From an uncultured candidatus Brocadiaceae bacterium (GTDB lineage Bacteria > Planctomycetota > UBA1135 > UBA2386), in contig CAZABP010000016.1 in assembly GCA_964483245.1 (NCBI GenBank), positions 5,344 to 69,343 of the forward strand: a stretch of 64,000 nt of DNA. Direction: 5' to 3'. Positions within the stretch are counted from its first letter, which is position 1; each line of letters starts with the position of its first letter. Both the position numbers and the translations under genes were made by a program. The notes under the pieces are model-generated. The model ran no database searches. It was not told the DNA's origin and saw only the letters and a program-made list of their open reading frames with translations. Positions 26,564-35,822 of the stretch are shown here, piece by piece.

Positions 26564-27225
26564 CAGAACATCAGCTTGCCGCCGAGCGTGATCTGCGTGC
26601 CGTAGCCGAGCGTGTTGCCGACCTCGCCGGCACCGAACGCACCGACCGTCAGGTCGAGCAGCAGCGTCTCGCTGAGCTCGTATTCGACGCCGGCGCGCAT
26701 CAGGACGGCGCCTCCCTTGTCGTTGTCGAAGTCGCCCGGCAGCTCGATCCACGCACCGCCGACGCCGAGATCCCCGATGAAGTGCACCCGCTGCTCACGC
26801 TCGATCAGCGGCACGCGCCAGGCGAAGTCGAGCAGCAGGAACTCGAGCTGCGCCTCGCCGCCGGTGCGCTGCTCGTCGTGCCAGGTCGCCTGATACAGCA
26901 GGCCGACGTTGAACTTCCGGTCGCCCATGCCGAAGCGGACGCCATAGCCGGCGCCGGTCTCGACTTCCGCCTTGCCGCCGAACTGCCCCGAGCCGCGTGA
27001 CTCCGAGTCGACCCACAGCGCCGGGACGGCGTACAGATCGAGCTGCACGCGATCGAACGTGTCGGCCGGGATCGGGCGCTGCAGTGCGTGTGGGAGTTCC
27101 GGCGTCTCGGCCGGCTCGGGCCATGGTGCAGCATCGGTCACGACCGCTGCAGGCCTCGGGTGCGGCGCCGGCGCGGCCGCGCATGCCGCGAGCAGCGGGA
27201 GCAGCAGATACGGCGCGCGACGCAT
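26563..27225 (-). CDS. small outer-membrane beta-barrel lipoprotein, paralog 1
   Basis: Lipobox LLAAC and C-terminal GGKLMF. Clear similarity to the downstream paralog (FDRVQLDLYAVP vs FDRFQFDLFGVP). Confidence 0.7.
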   Translation of the reverse strand: MRRAPYLLLPLLAACAAAPAPHPRPAAVVTDAAPWPEPAETPELPHALQRPIPADTFDRVQLDLYAVPALWVDSESRGSGQFGGKAEVETGAGYGVRFGMGDRKFNVGLLYQATWHDEQRTGGEAQLEFLLLDFAWRVPLIEREQRVHFIGDLGVGGAWIELPGDFDNDKGGAVLMRAGVEYELSETLLLDLTVGAFGAGEVGNTLGYGTQITLGGKLMF

Positions 27226-27345
27226 GGCGGGCCGGGCACGCTAGCGCGGGCCGGACCTCCGTGTCCATCTGCAGGTCCGCGGGATACGACCGCTGCCCCA
27301 TTTCCCGGCTAGCATGCCGCCGGTTCGTTCGAGGAAGGCCCGGAC

Positions 27346-29529
27346 ATGCTGCAGTCGGTTCGTGTCTCGTCAGCGGCAGGTGTTGTGCTCGCGATCTGGA
27401 TCACAGACGGCAGCGCGGTAGCGCAGGCCGTCTTGCCGGATCCGTGGACCCTGACGCGAGAACTTCAAGCGCCCGCGAATGCGGCAGCGGCTTGCGACAC
27501 CGTGCGAGGAAAGGTGGTGCTGTTCGGCGGACGACCCTGGGTCGCGTACTCCTCGGACACCTGGCAGTGGGATGGGATGCGTTGGACGTTGCACTCGACC
27601 AGCGGTGGTCCGAGTGCGCGGATGCAGCACGCGATGGCCTACGACGCCGCGCGTCGTGTCGTCGTGTTGTTCGGTGGCATGGACAGCAATGGGTACGCGC
27701 TCGGCACCTGGCTGTTCGACGGGGTGGCCTGGCAACGCGCACCGGTGGCAAAGGAACCAGGTCCTCGCCTGAACGCGGCCATGGCGTTCGACGCAGCACG
27801 CGGCGTGACGATCCTGTTCGGCGGCGACCGCGGAACACTGTTGGCGGACACCTGGCAGTGGGATGGAGCGCGATGGACGGAGCTTCCAGTGAATGGACCG
27901 CGCTCCCGTCACAGCCATGGCTTGGCCTACGACCCGCGGCGCCAACGGATCGTCTTGCATGGCGGATACCGCGAGGGGACGCATCCGCTGCAGGACACCT
28001 GGGAGTGGGATGGCCGGCAATGGTTGGCGACGCAGCCGGCGAATCTGCCACCGGGAATGCACGGTGCTGCGTCGACGTACGATCCGGGTCTTGGTCGCTT
28101 CGTGCTGTTCGGCGCCGAGGACGAGACGACCAGCTTCTGGCAGTGGGATGGTCGCGACTGGAGTCGAGTTCCCTATGTGCCGGTGCATCCGCGCGCCAGG
28201 CGAGGGGGTCTGTTGATCGCGGATACAGCCCACGACAAGTTGATGCTGGTCGGTGGCGCCGGTGTCGGCGAGGAAGCGAACATCAACTATCGCGGGACAT
28301 GGCTCTGGGACGGGGTCCGTTGGGTCGAGCAGCAGCCTGACCGAGGGCTGCGCGGTGGCATCGTGGTCTACGATTCGTCGCGGCAGCGGCTCGTCGCCCT
28401 CGACATCCGAGGTGCGCATTGGGAGTGGGACGGGTTCGCCTGGCAGCGAGATCAACGCTGGTTGCAAGGTCCCCAGCGAATGCTCGCCGCCATGGCGTTC
28501 GATGGGTCACGGAACGAGATCGTCCTGTTCGGGGGTGCCGATGGAACGCAGCGAACTGCCGACACGTTCACCTGGTCGAGCTCGAGCGGGTGGAGACTGC
28601 GGCAGCCGGCCAGCTCCCCACCCGCGCTGCAGGCGCATTCGATGACGTATGACCGGGCTCGGCAGCGCGTGCTGCTGTTCGGCGAGGCGGGCCTGTGGGA
28701 ATGGGACGGTCAGACGTGGCATCCGCGGCGGGCTCCGGGCGCCGAACCGGAGCCGCGCTGGGGCGCGGGGTTTGCGTACGACGATGCTCGGAGAGTCTCG
28801 GTCCTGTTCGGCGGCGATGGGTGGAGCGGCGAGCTCAACGACACCTGGTGTTGGGATGGGTCGGTTTGGCGTCGTCAGCCGTCGCAGGTCGAACCGATCG
28901 GGCGGCGCAATCCTGTGTTCGCGTACGACGCTGCGCGCCGGCGCATCGTGATGTTCGGCGGGTCTCGCGGTTGGTGGACGAGCTGGTCGATGGCGGACAC
29001 ATGGGAATGGAACGGTGCGAGTTGGGGGTTCGTGAGCCGTATGTCCGAGGGTGCGGCCGGATCCGGGGTCTATGTCGAGCACCTGGGCGCCATGGTGCAC
29101 CTGGATTTCCGCGGGCTCACGTGGGCCTACGCGCGCGACGCCAGGATCGAGTCCTCACCGCTGGGGTCAGGCTGCGCGGGCGGAGGCACGGTACCGCGCC
29201 TGGGCAGCAACCTGCCGTACGTCGGCAACCCACGATTCGCGCTGGAACTCGTCGAAGCGCGGCCGCGCGCTGCTGGGCTTTTCATCCTGTCGCTGGGCAT
29301 CGACCCACGCCCGGTCGGCGGCGAGTGTGTCCTCTACCTGCGTGATCCGTTGCTCCCGTTCGGCGTGACGACGACTGCTGCTGGTTACTCGGAGCTCGTG
29401 ATGCCGATCCCACTCGAGCTGCAGCTGCGTGGCATGCGGGTCCATGCGCAGGCGTTCATCGACGATCCGGGGCCGATGGCGCCGGGCTTCGCAGCGAGTG
29501 CCGCGCGCAAACTCGTGATCGGCGACTGA
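27346..29529 (+). CDS. secreted Kelch-type beta-propeller protein (about 12 or more blades) with an unnamed C-terminal domain
   Basis: GAGGAAGG SD and a signal peptide. Many repeats of the form VLFGG...DTWEWDG..W. Confidence 0.8.
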   Translation: MLQSVRVSSAAGVVLAIWITDGSAVAQAVLPDPWTLTRELQAPANAAAACDTVRGKVVLFGGRPWVAYSSDTWQWDGMRWTLHSTSGGPSARMQHAMAYDAARRVVVLFGGMDSNGYALGTWLFDGVAWQRAPVAKEPGPRLNAAMAFDAARGVTILFGGDRGTLLADTWQWDGARWTELPVNGPRSRHSHGLAYDPRRQRIVLHGGYREGTHPLQDTWEWDGRQWLATQPANLPPGMHGAASTYDPGLGRFVLFGAEDETTSFWQWDGRDWSRVPYVPVHPRARRGGLLIADTAHDKLMLVGGAGVGEEANINYRGTWLWDGVRWVEQQPDRGLRGGIVVYDSSRQRLVALDIRGAHWEWDGFAWQRDQRWLQGPQRMLAAMAFDGSRNEIVLFGGADGTQRTADTFTWSSSSGWRLRQPASSPPALQAHSMTYDRARQRVLLFGEAGLWEWDGQTWHPRRAPGAEPEPRWGAGFAYDDARRVSVLFGGDGWSGELNDTWCWDGSVWRRQPSQVEPIGRRNPVFAYDAARRRIVMFGGSRGWWTSWSMADTWEWNGASWGFVSRMSEGAAGSGVYVEHLGAMVHLDFRGLTWAYARDARIESSPLGSGCAGGGTVPRLGSNLPYVGNPRFALELVEARPRAAGLFILSLGIDPRPVGGECVLYLRDPLLPFGVTTTAAGYSELVMPIPLELQLRGMRVHAQAFIDDPGPMAPGFAASAARKLVIGD

Positions 29530-29555
29530 GGCGCTGCCGACGCCGCCACCAGACC

Positions 29556-32330
29556 TCAGCGCCCGCCCGCAGCTCCCGGCAACGTCGCCCCCGCTTCGCG
29601 CGCCGCGTCCTCGATGCGCTGTGCGTCCTCGGTCCGGCCGGCGCGCAGCAGCTCCTGCCGCACGAACCCGGCGTGCTCGATCGGGCTGCGGTTCAGCCCG
29701 TCCTTCTGCGTCGCGGAGCCCGGACGCGCGAGCAGGCCGGCGATCGCGGCGTCGCGGGCCTGGTCGAAGTCGCCGCGTTCGGCGAGCAGCCGCGCGCGTG
29801 CGGCCTGCCCGAGCGCGATGTAGTGGCGCGACGAATCGCCGAAGTCCGGCCGCGCGTCGATCGCGGCACCGAACTCCTGGATCGCGCGCGCGTAGGCGGC
29901 CAGCGCACGCTCGGCATCGCGGTTGGCGACCTCCTGCTCGGCGGCGACGAATGCGGCGAGCGCGCCGTACCAGCTCCAGGTGGTGGCATCGACGCCGGGC
30001 ACCTGCAGCGCTGCAAACCCGGTGAGCAGTCCTTCGGCGCCACCTGCTTCGAGCAGCGCGGCGCGACCGTGCGCCTGGATCGCGACCGACAGTGGAAACC
30101 GGCGGATCGCCGCGCCGGCGAACTCGGCGTACGCGGCGCGCGCCTGCACGGTCGCGGCCCATTCGAGCGCCGTCGTGGCCAGTTGCTCGGTGCAGCCCGG
30201 CAGCGCGAGCAGCAGAGTGTACGCCGCACGCAGATCGGCGATCCAGGTCGCCGGCCAGTCGTCGCCGCCGGTCATCGCGGAGTACTGCTTGCGCAGCCGG
30301 CAGGACGCGAACGTGTCGAGCACCGCGGCGGCGAGCGGAGTGTCCGCTTCGGCGGCGAGGCCGGGCAGCGCCTGCTCGGCGTGCTCGAGCGCGGCATCGA
30401 GGTCGTTGCTCAGGTAGCTGCTCCAGGCGAGGTAGCCGTGCGCGCGGTGCGCCGGCGCGCCGTCCGCCAGCGCGCGTTTCGCCGCCGCCTGCGCGTCCTG
30501 GAACAGGAAGCCCGGGTCCTTCCCTTCCGCCTGCCGGGCGAACGCGTACTGCAGCGTCGTCTCGGCGAGTGCGAGCCGCGCCGCTGCATCGTCCGGCGTC
30601 GCCTTCAGCTTGCCGTCCAGCTCGGACAGCTTCGCGTCGAGCGCGTCGGCATCGAGGGCAGGCATCGGCCGCGCCGCAGCGAGCGCGCGCGACCAGCGCG
30701 CGGTGTCCAGCAGCTCGGAGGGCGCGCGCAGCCCGCGCGCGAGCTGCGCCAGCGTCTTCGCCTGCGCGTCGTCGCCGCGCGGCTTCGCCCAGACCTCCAC
30801 GGCGTCGCATAGCTTCGCGAGCAGCGCGGTGTCCCGATCTGCCTGGCGCAGCGCTTCGGTCAGCAGCTCCGGCGTGGCCGGCGCCGGGTGTGCGGCGATC
30901 GCGAGGAGGCCGGCGTGGCGGACCTTCGCATCCGGATCGCGCAACGCCAGGCGCACGAGCTCGGGATGTGCCGTGGCGCGCGCCGGCTCCAGCGCGGCCG
31001 TCGCCAGCCGCGCGCGCGTCGCGGCATCGGCGGCGAGGAACCTCCGCTCCAGCTCGTCGCGGTGCGATGCGTCCGGGCTGCTGAGCAGCTGCGCCTCGGT
31101 CAGCGATGCGGCGGGCGCCGTCTTCGGCTCCGGCCTGCCGTGCTCGCGCAGCGCCTGGTCGATCGGCTCCAGCCCCGCCGTCAGGAAGATGTCGAACAGG
31201 ATCGTGCCATCCGGCGCGACGCCGACGTGCCGCGGTGCGACGCGGTTGTTGCGGAAGTACCGCTCGAACACCAGCGGCTCGATCGCGATGTGCTCCTGGT
31301 TGACGATGCGGCCGAAGCGCCGATCCGGCAGCCGCCGCCCGCGGTCGTCGTGGTCGGCCGGATTGCGCCGGTCCGGCGACGCCACGACGCAGATGAACCC
31401 GTCGGCGAGGGCGCCGAACTCCGGGTCGCGGTAGCGGCCCCAGGCGAGCTGCTCGCAGGCACTCTCCCCATCCATGTTGACGCAGATCAACAACGGCTTG
31501 CCGGTCGCCTGCGACAGCGCGAGGGCATCGTCGAGGTTGCGCTGCCACGGCATCTGCGGCGGCAATGCACGGCGCGCCTCGAGGTCGAGTGCGTCACCGC
31601 GCGGACCGGCCCGCGATGCACGTGCCGGTCGGAGCTCCGCGGCTGCGAGGTCGCCGTCCTTGTTCGCATCGAGCGTGCGGTGGATGCGCGCGAGATCCGC
31701 GGCTGTGATCTGACCGTCGCCACTGGCGTCGAGATCGCTGGCGATCGTCAGCAGGAAGACGCCGGGAGTCACGGCGCCCGGCCGGTCGTCCGGGTCCGGT
31801 CCAGCGCGCTCGGCTGCTGCCAGTGCCGGTGCGAACGCCGCTGCAGGCAGTGCACCTTCGGCCGGGAACTGCGCCGTCCACGCGTCCCATTCGGCGCGCG
31901 TGACGTTGCGATCGCCGTCGGCATCGCTGGCGCGGAACAGGATCGTGCGCACGAAACCGGCCAGCGCATCCCCGCGCTGCCCGCGCCCCCCGGACTCGCT
32001 GCGTTGCACGATCGTGTCGCCGTCGCGGTCGGCGGCTGCGTGCAGGCCTGCGAGCTCCGCCCTCGTCGCGGCGCCATCACCGTCGGCATCCAGCACCGTG
32101 ACGACCAGGCGCTGCTTCAACCCCTCGACGTCGAACGTGTCGTCCGCGCGGCGCAGCGCCAACACCAGGGCATCCCACTCGGTGCGCGCGACGGCGCCAT
32201 TGCGGTCCTGGTCGGCGCAACGCGCGAGCACGGCGCTGCCGAACATCCCGCCACGGCCGGCATCCTGCGCAGCGAGCGGAGCGAAGAACGCCGCTGCCAG
32301 CGCAGCGGACGGGAGGAGGAGTCGGTGCAT
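29556..32330 (-). CDS. secreted multidomain protein: six EF-hand-like loops, thioredoxin-like (DUF255-type) domain, HEAT and TPR-like repeats
   Basis: Start moved to ATG 32330 (MHRLLLPSAALAAAFFAPLAAQ). Loops DQDRNGAV, DADGDGAA, DRDGDTIV, DADGDRNV, DASGDGQI, DANKDGDL. Then PLLICVNMDGESACEQL and LRDPDAKVRHAGLLAIAAH. Confidence 0.7.
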   Translation of the reverse strand: MHRLLLPSAALAAAFFAPLAAQDAGRGGMFGSAVLARCADQDRNGAVARTEWDALVLALRRADDTFDVEGLKQRLVVTVLDADGDGAATRAELAGLHAAADRDGDTIVQRSESGGRGQRGDALAGFVRTILFRASDADGDRNVTRAEWDAWTAQFPAEGALPAAAFAPALAAAERAGPDPDDRPGAVTPGVFLLTIASDLDASGDGQITAADLARIHRTLDANKDGDLAAAELRPARASRAGPRGDALDLEARRALPPQMPWQRNLDDALALSQATGKPLLICVNMDGESACEQLAWGRYRDPEFGALADGFICVVASPDRRNPADHDDRGRRLPDRRFGRIVNQEHIAIEPLVFERYFRNNRVAPRHVGVAPDGTILFDIFLTAGLEPIDQALREHGRPEPKTAPAASLTEAQLLSSPDASHRDELERRFLAADAATRARLATAALEPARATAHPELVRLALRDPDAKVRHAGLLAIAAHPAPATPELLTEALRQADRDTALLAKLCDAVEVWAKPRGDDAQAKTLAQLARGLRAPSELLDTARWSRALAAARPMPALDADALDAKLSELDGKLKATPDDAAARLALAETTLQYAFARQAEGKDPGFLFQDAQAAAKRALADGAPAHRAHGYLAWSSYLSNDLDAALEHAEQALPGLAAEADTPLAAAVLDTFASCRLRKQYSAMTGGDDWPATWIADLRAAYTLLLALPGCTEQLATTALEWAATVQARAAYAEFAGAAIRRFPLSVAIQAHGRAALLEAGGAEGLLTGFAALQVPGVDATTWSWYGALAAFVAAEQEVANRDAERALAAYARAIQEFGAAIDARPDFGDSSRHYIALGQAARARLLAERGDFDQARDAAIAGLLARPGSATQKDGLNRSPIEHAGFVRQELLRAGRTEDAQRIEDAAREAGATLPGAAGGR

Positions 32331-32482
32331 CGGGAGGGTCGTGGATCGGGCAGGGCGGCCGGAGGGGGTAGTCAAGCCCGCGGCGGGCGTGGCGCCAGCG
32401 GGGGAAGCGCTCGGTTGCGTCCTTTCGACCGGTCCGACGTCTTGGCAGGCAGCCACCTACGATCCAGAACGAGCGACGACCG

Positions 32483-33301
32483 ATGACGAACGAAACCCCG
32501 ATGCATCCGACCTCCGATGACGTGCGCGCGACGGTGCGGGAGCGCTACGGCGCGATCGCCGATGGGGGCCCGGGCTGTTGCGGGCCGGCGCCGAGCGGCT
32601 GCTGCGCCCCGGACGCCTCCGGCGATCCGCAGCTCGCGACGACGCTCGGCTACACGCCCGACGACCTGCGGGCGGCGCCGGAGGGCGCCAACCTCGGGCT
32701 CGGCTGCGGCAATCCGACCGCGATCGCCGCGCTGCGGCCGGGCCAGACCGTGCTCGACCTCGGCGCCGGTGCCGGCTTCGACGCGTTCCTGTCCGCGCGT
32801 GCCGTCGGGCCGAGCGGTCGCGTGATCGGCGTCGACATGACGCCGCAGATGATCGCGCGGGCGCGCGCCAATCAGCACCGCGCGGGGCTCCGCAACGTCG
32901 AGTTCCGACTCGGCGAGATCGAGCACCTGCCGGTCGCCGATGCCAGCGTCGACGTCGTGATCTCGAACTGCGTGATCAACCTGTCGCCCGACAAGCCCAG
33001 CGTGTTCGCCGAAGCGTTCCGCGTGCTGCGGCCAGGCGGGCGACTCGCAATCGCCGACATCGTGGCGCTGCGGCCGATCCCGGCGGAGGTCCGCGCCGAC
33101 TTCGAACTCTGGACCGGCTGCGTCGCCGGCGCGGCGCCGGTCGACGAGCTGCGGGGGATGTTGCAGGCCGCCGGGTTCGTCGACGTCCGGATCCTGACCA
33201 AGGATGGGAGCCGCGAGCTCGTCGAGTCCTGGTTCCCGGGGCGTGGCGTCGAGGCATTCGTGGCCTCCGCGTCGATCGAAGCGATCAAGCCGGCACCGTG
33301 A
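32483..33301 (+). CDS. arsM: arsenite S-adenosylmethionine methyltransferase
   Basis: SAM motif VLDLGAGAGFD. Conserved Cys contexts GLGCGNP, SNCVINL, WTGCVAG. N-terminal CCGP..GCC. Confidence 0.85.
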   Translation: MTNETPMHPTSDDVRATVRERYGAIADGGPGCCGPAPSGCCAPDASGDPQLATTLGYTPDDLRAAPEGANLGLGCGNPTAIAALRPGQTVLDLGAGAGFDAFLSARAVGPSGRVIGVDMTPQMIARARANQHRAGLRNVEFRLGEIEHLPVADASVDVVISNCVINLSPDKPSVFAEAFRVLRPGGRLAIADIVALRPIPAEVRADFELWTGCVAGAAPVDELRGMLQAAGFVDVRILTKDGSRELVESWFPGRGVEAFVASASIEAIKPAP

Positions 33302-33855
33302 TGGAAGCGATCCTGCAGCAGGCCTGGGAGCAGTTCGCCGGCGAGCTGCGGAGCTATCTGCGCCGGCGCGTCCGCGACGAGCACACGGCCGAAGACCTGC
33401 TGCAGGACGTGTTCGTGCGGGCTGCGCGCCAGCTGCGATCCGGCGACGAGCCGGCGCAGCTGTCGGCCTGGCTGTTCCGCGTCGCGCACAACGCCGTTGT
33501 CGATCACTACCGCGCGCGGCAGCGGGAACGCGTCGTCGATGCAGCGGCGGAAGGGGAACCCACCGCCGCCGAGCCGGCGGAGCTGGGCTGCCTGCAGCAG
33601 TCGTTCCGGCAGTTCGTGCACGCACTGCCGCCCGAGTATCGCGAGGCGTTCCTGTTGACCGAGCTCGAGGGAGTCTCGCAGGTCGAGCTCGCGCGGCAGC
33701 TGGGGATCCCGGTCTCGACCGCGAAGTCGCGCGTGCAGCGCGCGCGCAAGCTGCTGCGCAAGGCGTTCCTGGACTGCTGCGACTTCGAGTTCGACCGGCG
33801 CGGCCGGGCGTTCGACTGGCGGCGCCGTCCCGGCGGCGGGTGTTCGAATTGCTGA
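33301..33855 (+). CDS. ECF sigma factor with a Cys-rich C-terminal extension (SigZ/CorE-like)
   Basis: The ATG overlaps the arsM stop (TGATG). Regions 2 and 4 are present. Tail is LDCCDFEFDRRGRAFDWRRRPGGGCSNC. Confidence 0.8.
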   Translation: MEAILQQAWEQFAGELRSYLRRRVRDEHTAEDLLQDVFVRAARQLRSGDEPAQLSAWLFRVAHNAVVDHYRARQRERVVDAAAEGEPTAAEPAELGCLQQSFRQFVHALPPEYREAFLLTELEGVSQVELARQLGIPVSTAKSRVQRARKLLRKAFLDCCDFEFDRRGRAFDWRRRPGGGCSNC

Positions 33856-33859
33856 TCGG

Positions 33860-34159
33860 TCAGCGCTCGTACTCGGCGATCACCGTCGTGCCGGCGACTG
33901 CGCTGGTGAACCAGCGCGCCTTGATCGCCAGGTAATCCGGGTGCGCGAAGAACGCATCGCGCTGTGCGCGGCTGCCGAACCAGATCGTGAACAGGCGGTT
34001 GATCGGATGCGGCGCCTCGGAGCGCAGCACGCGCGCGATCGTGAAGTCGTAGCGGAACCCGCCGTCATGTGCGGCCAGGAGGGGAGACATCGCGTCGCGG
34101 TAGCGCTGGTAGAGCGCGTCGTCCGTGACATGCAGGCCGACCAACATCTCGAGCGTCAT
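33860..34159 (-). CDS. DUF1330-like small protein
   Basis: Start moved to ATG 34159 (MTLEMLVGLHVTDDALYQRY). 99 aa. Confidence 0.6.
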   Translation of the reverse strand: MTLEMLVGLHVTDDALYQRYRDAMSPLLAAHDGGFRYDFTIARVLRSEAPHPINRLFTIWFGSRAQRDAFFAHPDYLAIKARWFTSAVAGTTVIAEYER

Positions 34160-34263
34160 GGGGGGAATCCGTAGCGAGCCAGGTCGAAACGCGCGAGCGC
34201 CGCGCGCGCAACCTTGCTCCACCCGGAGCGGACGGCTAGGAGAGTGCGGCGTCCGCTTTCCCG

Positions 34264-35034
34264 ATGCGATCCTTCCGCGCGAGCCGGCTCCCGATCCTCG
34301 CGGCTCTGCTGCTGCCGCTCTCGCTGTTGCTCTGCGCCTGCCGCGATGCGGGCACCGCCGGGCGCCCGGCGATCCTGTTCGCCGCAGCATCGTTGACCAA
34401 GCCGTTCCAGGAGCTCGCCGCTGCGTTCGAGCGCAGCCATCCGGGACAGCGCGTCGAGCTGCACTTCGCCGGCACGCCGCAGCTCGTCGTGCAGCTGCAG
34501 GCCGGTGCGCCGGCCGACCTGCTGGCGTCGGCCGACCTGACCAACATGCAACGTGTCGTCGAGCTGGGGCGCACGGTGTCGCCGCCGGTCCCGTTCGCGC
34601 GCAACCGGTTGACGATCGTGACGGCGGCTGCGAATCCGCACGCGATCCGCAGCCTCGCCGATCTCGCGCGCGCGGAGCTGCGCGTGCTGCTGTGCGGGCC
34701 GGAGGTGCCGGCCGGGCGCTATGCGCGCGAGGCGGTGGCCAAGGCCGGGATCACGGTGCAGTCCCGCTCGGATGAGCCGAGCGTCAAGGCCGTCGTCAGC
34801 AAGATCCGTCTCGGCGAAGCGGACGCCGGGATCGTCTACGTGACCGACGCGACCGCCGCGGGCCCGGACGTCGCCGCCGTGCCGATCCCGGACGAGCACA
34901 ACGTCGTCGCGAGCTATCCGGTTGCGTTGCTGCATGGCGGCCATGCCCCGCAGGTCGCGGCTGCGTTCCTCGCGTTCCTGCGCGCGGACGAGGGGCAGCG
35001 GATCCTGCAGGCCAGCGGATTCCTGCGCCCGTGA
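34264..35034 (+). CDS. modA: molybdate ABC transporter substrate-binding lipoprotein
   Basis: Lipobox LLLCAC. ModA-like motifs AAASLT, VLASADL, GEADAGIVYVTD. Confidence 0.85.
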   Translation: MRSFRASRLPILAALLLPLSLLLCACRDAGTAGRPAILFAAASLTKPFQELAAAFERSHPGQRVELHFAGTPQLVVQLQAGAPADLLASADLTNMQRVVELGRTVSPPVPFARNRLTIVTAAANPHAIRSLADLARAELRVLLCGPEVPAGRYAREAVAKAGITVQSRSDEPSVKAVVSKIRLGEADAGIVYVTDATAAGPDVAAVPIPDEHNVVASYPVALLHGGHAPQVAAAFLAFLRADEGQRILQASGFLRP

Positions 35035-35822
35035 GCGGCGGCCGGAACATCGCGTCGTGCGTGCTGCCGCTGGTCGCGACGCTGGTCGCGCTGTTCTTCC
35101 TGCTGCCGCTGCTCGGGCTCGTGCTGCAGACGCCATGGGGCCGCGCGGCGGAACTGCTCGGTTCCACACCGGTGTTGGGCGCCCTCTGGCTCTCGTTGCA
35201 ATGCTCGCTCGCGGCGGCGGCGATCTGCTGCCTGCTCGGCCTCCCGCTCGCCGCGTGGCTCGCCGCCGGTGACGACCGGCGGCGCCGCGGCGTGCGGGTG
35301 CTGGTGACGCTGCCGATGGTGCTGCCCCCGGTGGTCGGCGGCGTCGCGCTGCTGCTCGCCTATGGACGCAACGGGATCGCCGGCACGCTGCTCGAAGACT
35401 GGCTCGGGGTCCTGATGCCGTTCACGACGGCCGGCGTCGTGATCGCCGAGACCTACGTCGCGATGCCGTTCTTCGTGTTGACGGCCGAAGCGGGACTGCG
35501 CTCGTGCGACCGTCGCTACGCGCAGGCCGCGGCGACGCTCGGCGCCGGGCCGCTGCGTGCGTTCCTGACCGTGACGCTGCCGATGGTCGCGCCGTCGCTG
35601 CGTGCCGGGCTCGTCGTCGCCTGGGCCCGCGCGCTCGGCGAGTTCGGCGCGACGATCACATTCGCCGGAAACCTCGCCGGGCATACGCGCACGATGCCGC
35701 TCGCGGTCTACGTCGCGCTCGAAACGGACCCGGATGCCGCGATCCTGCTGAGCCTGCTGCTGGTGGCGGTGTCGGTCGTGTTGTTGTTCGCGTTGCGGCG
35801 CCATTGGTGGCCGGCGAGGTGA
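35031..35822 (+). CDS. modB: molybdate ABC transporter permease
   Basis: GTGA overlap with modA. EAA-loop region ALGEFGATITFAGN. Confidence 0.85.
   Translation: MSGGRNIASCVLPLVATLVALFFLLPLLGLVLQTPWGRAAELLGSTPVLGALWLSLQCSLAAAAICCLLGLPLAAWLAAGDDRRRRGVRVLVTLPMVLPPVVGGVALLLAYGRNGIAGTLLEDWLGVLMPFTTAGVVIAETYVAMPFFVLTAEAGLRSCDRRYAQAAATLGAGPLRAFLTVTLPMVAPSLRAGLVVAWARALGEFGATITFAGNLAGHTRTMPLAVYVALETDPDAAILLSLLLVAVSVVLLFALRRHWWPAR

Noticed and set aside
29167-31548. 793-aa minus-strand ORF plus several + strand ORFs over the EF-hand/HEAT gene
   Set aside because: These are low-complexity Arg/Ala translations in alternative frames of 29556..32330.
34160-34263. Moco riboswitch or regulatory hairpin upstream of modA
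   Set aside because: Only a 7-bp hairpin (GCGGACG 34228-34234 / CGTCCGC 34250-34256) was seen. The conserved Moco-motif elements were not recognisable by eye.
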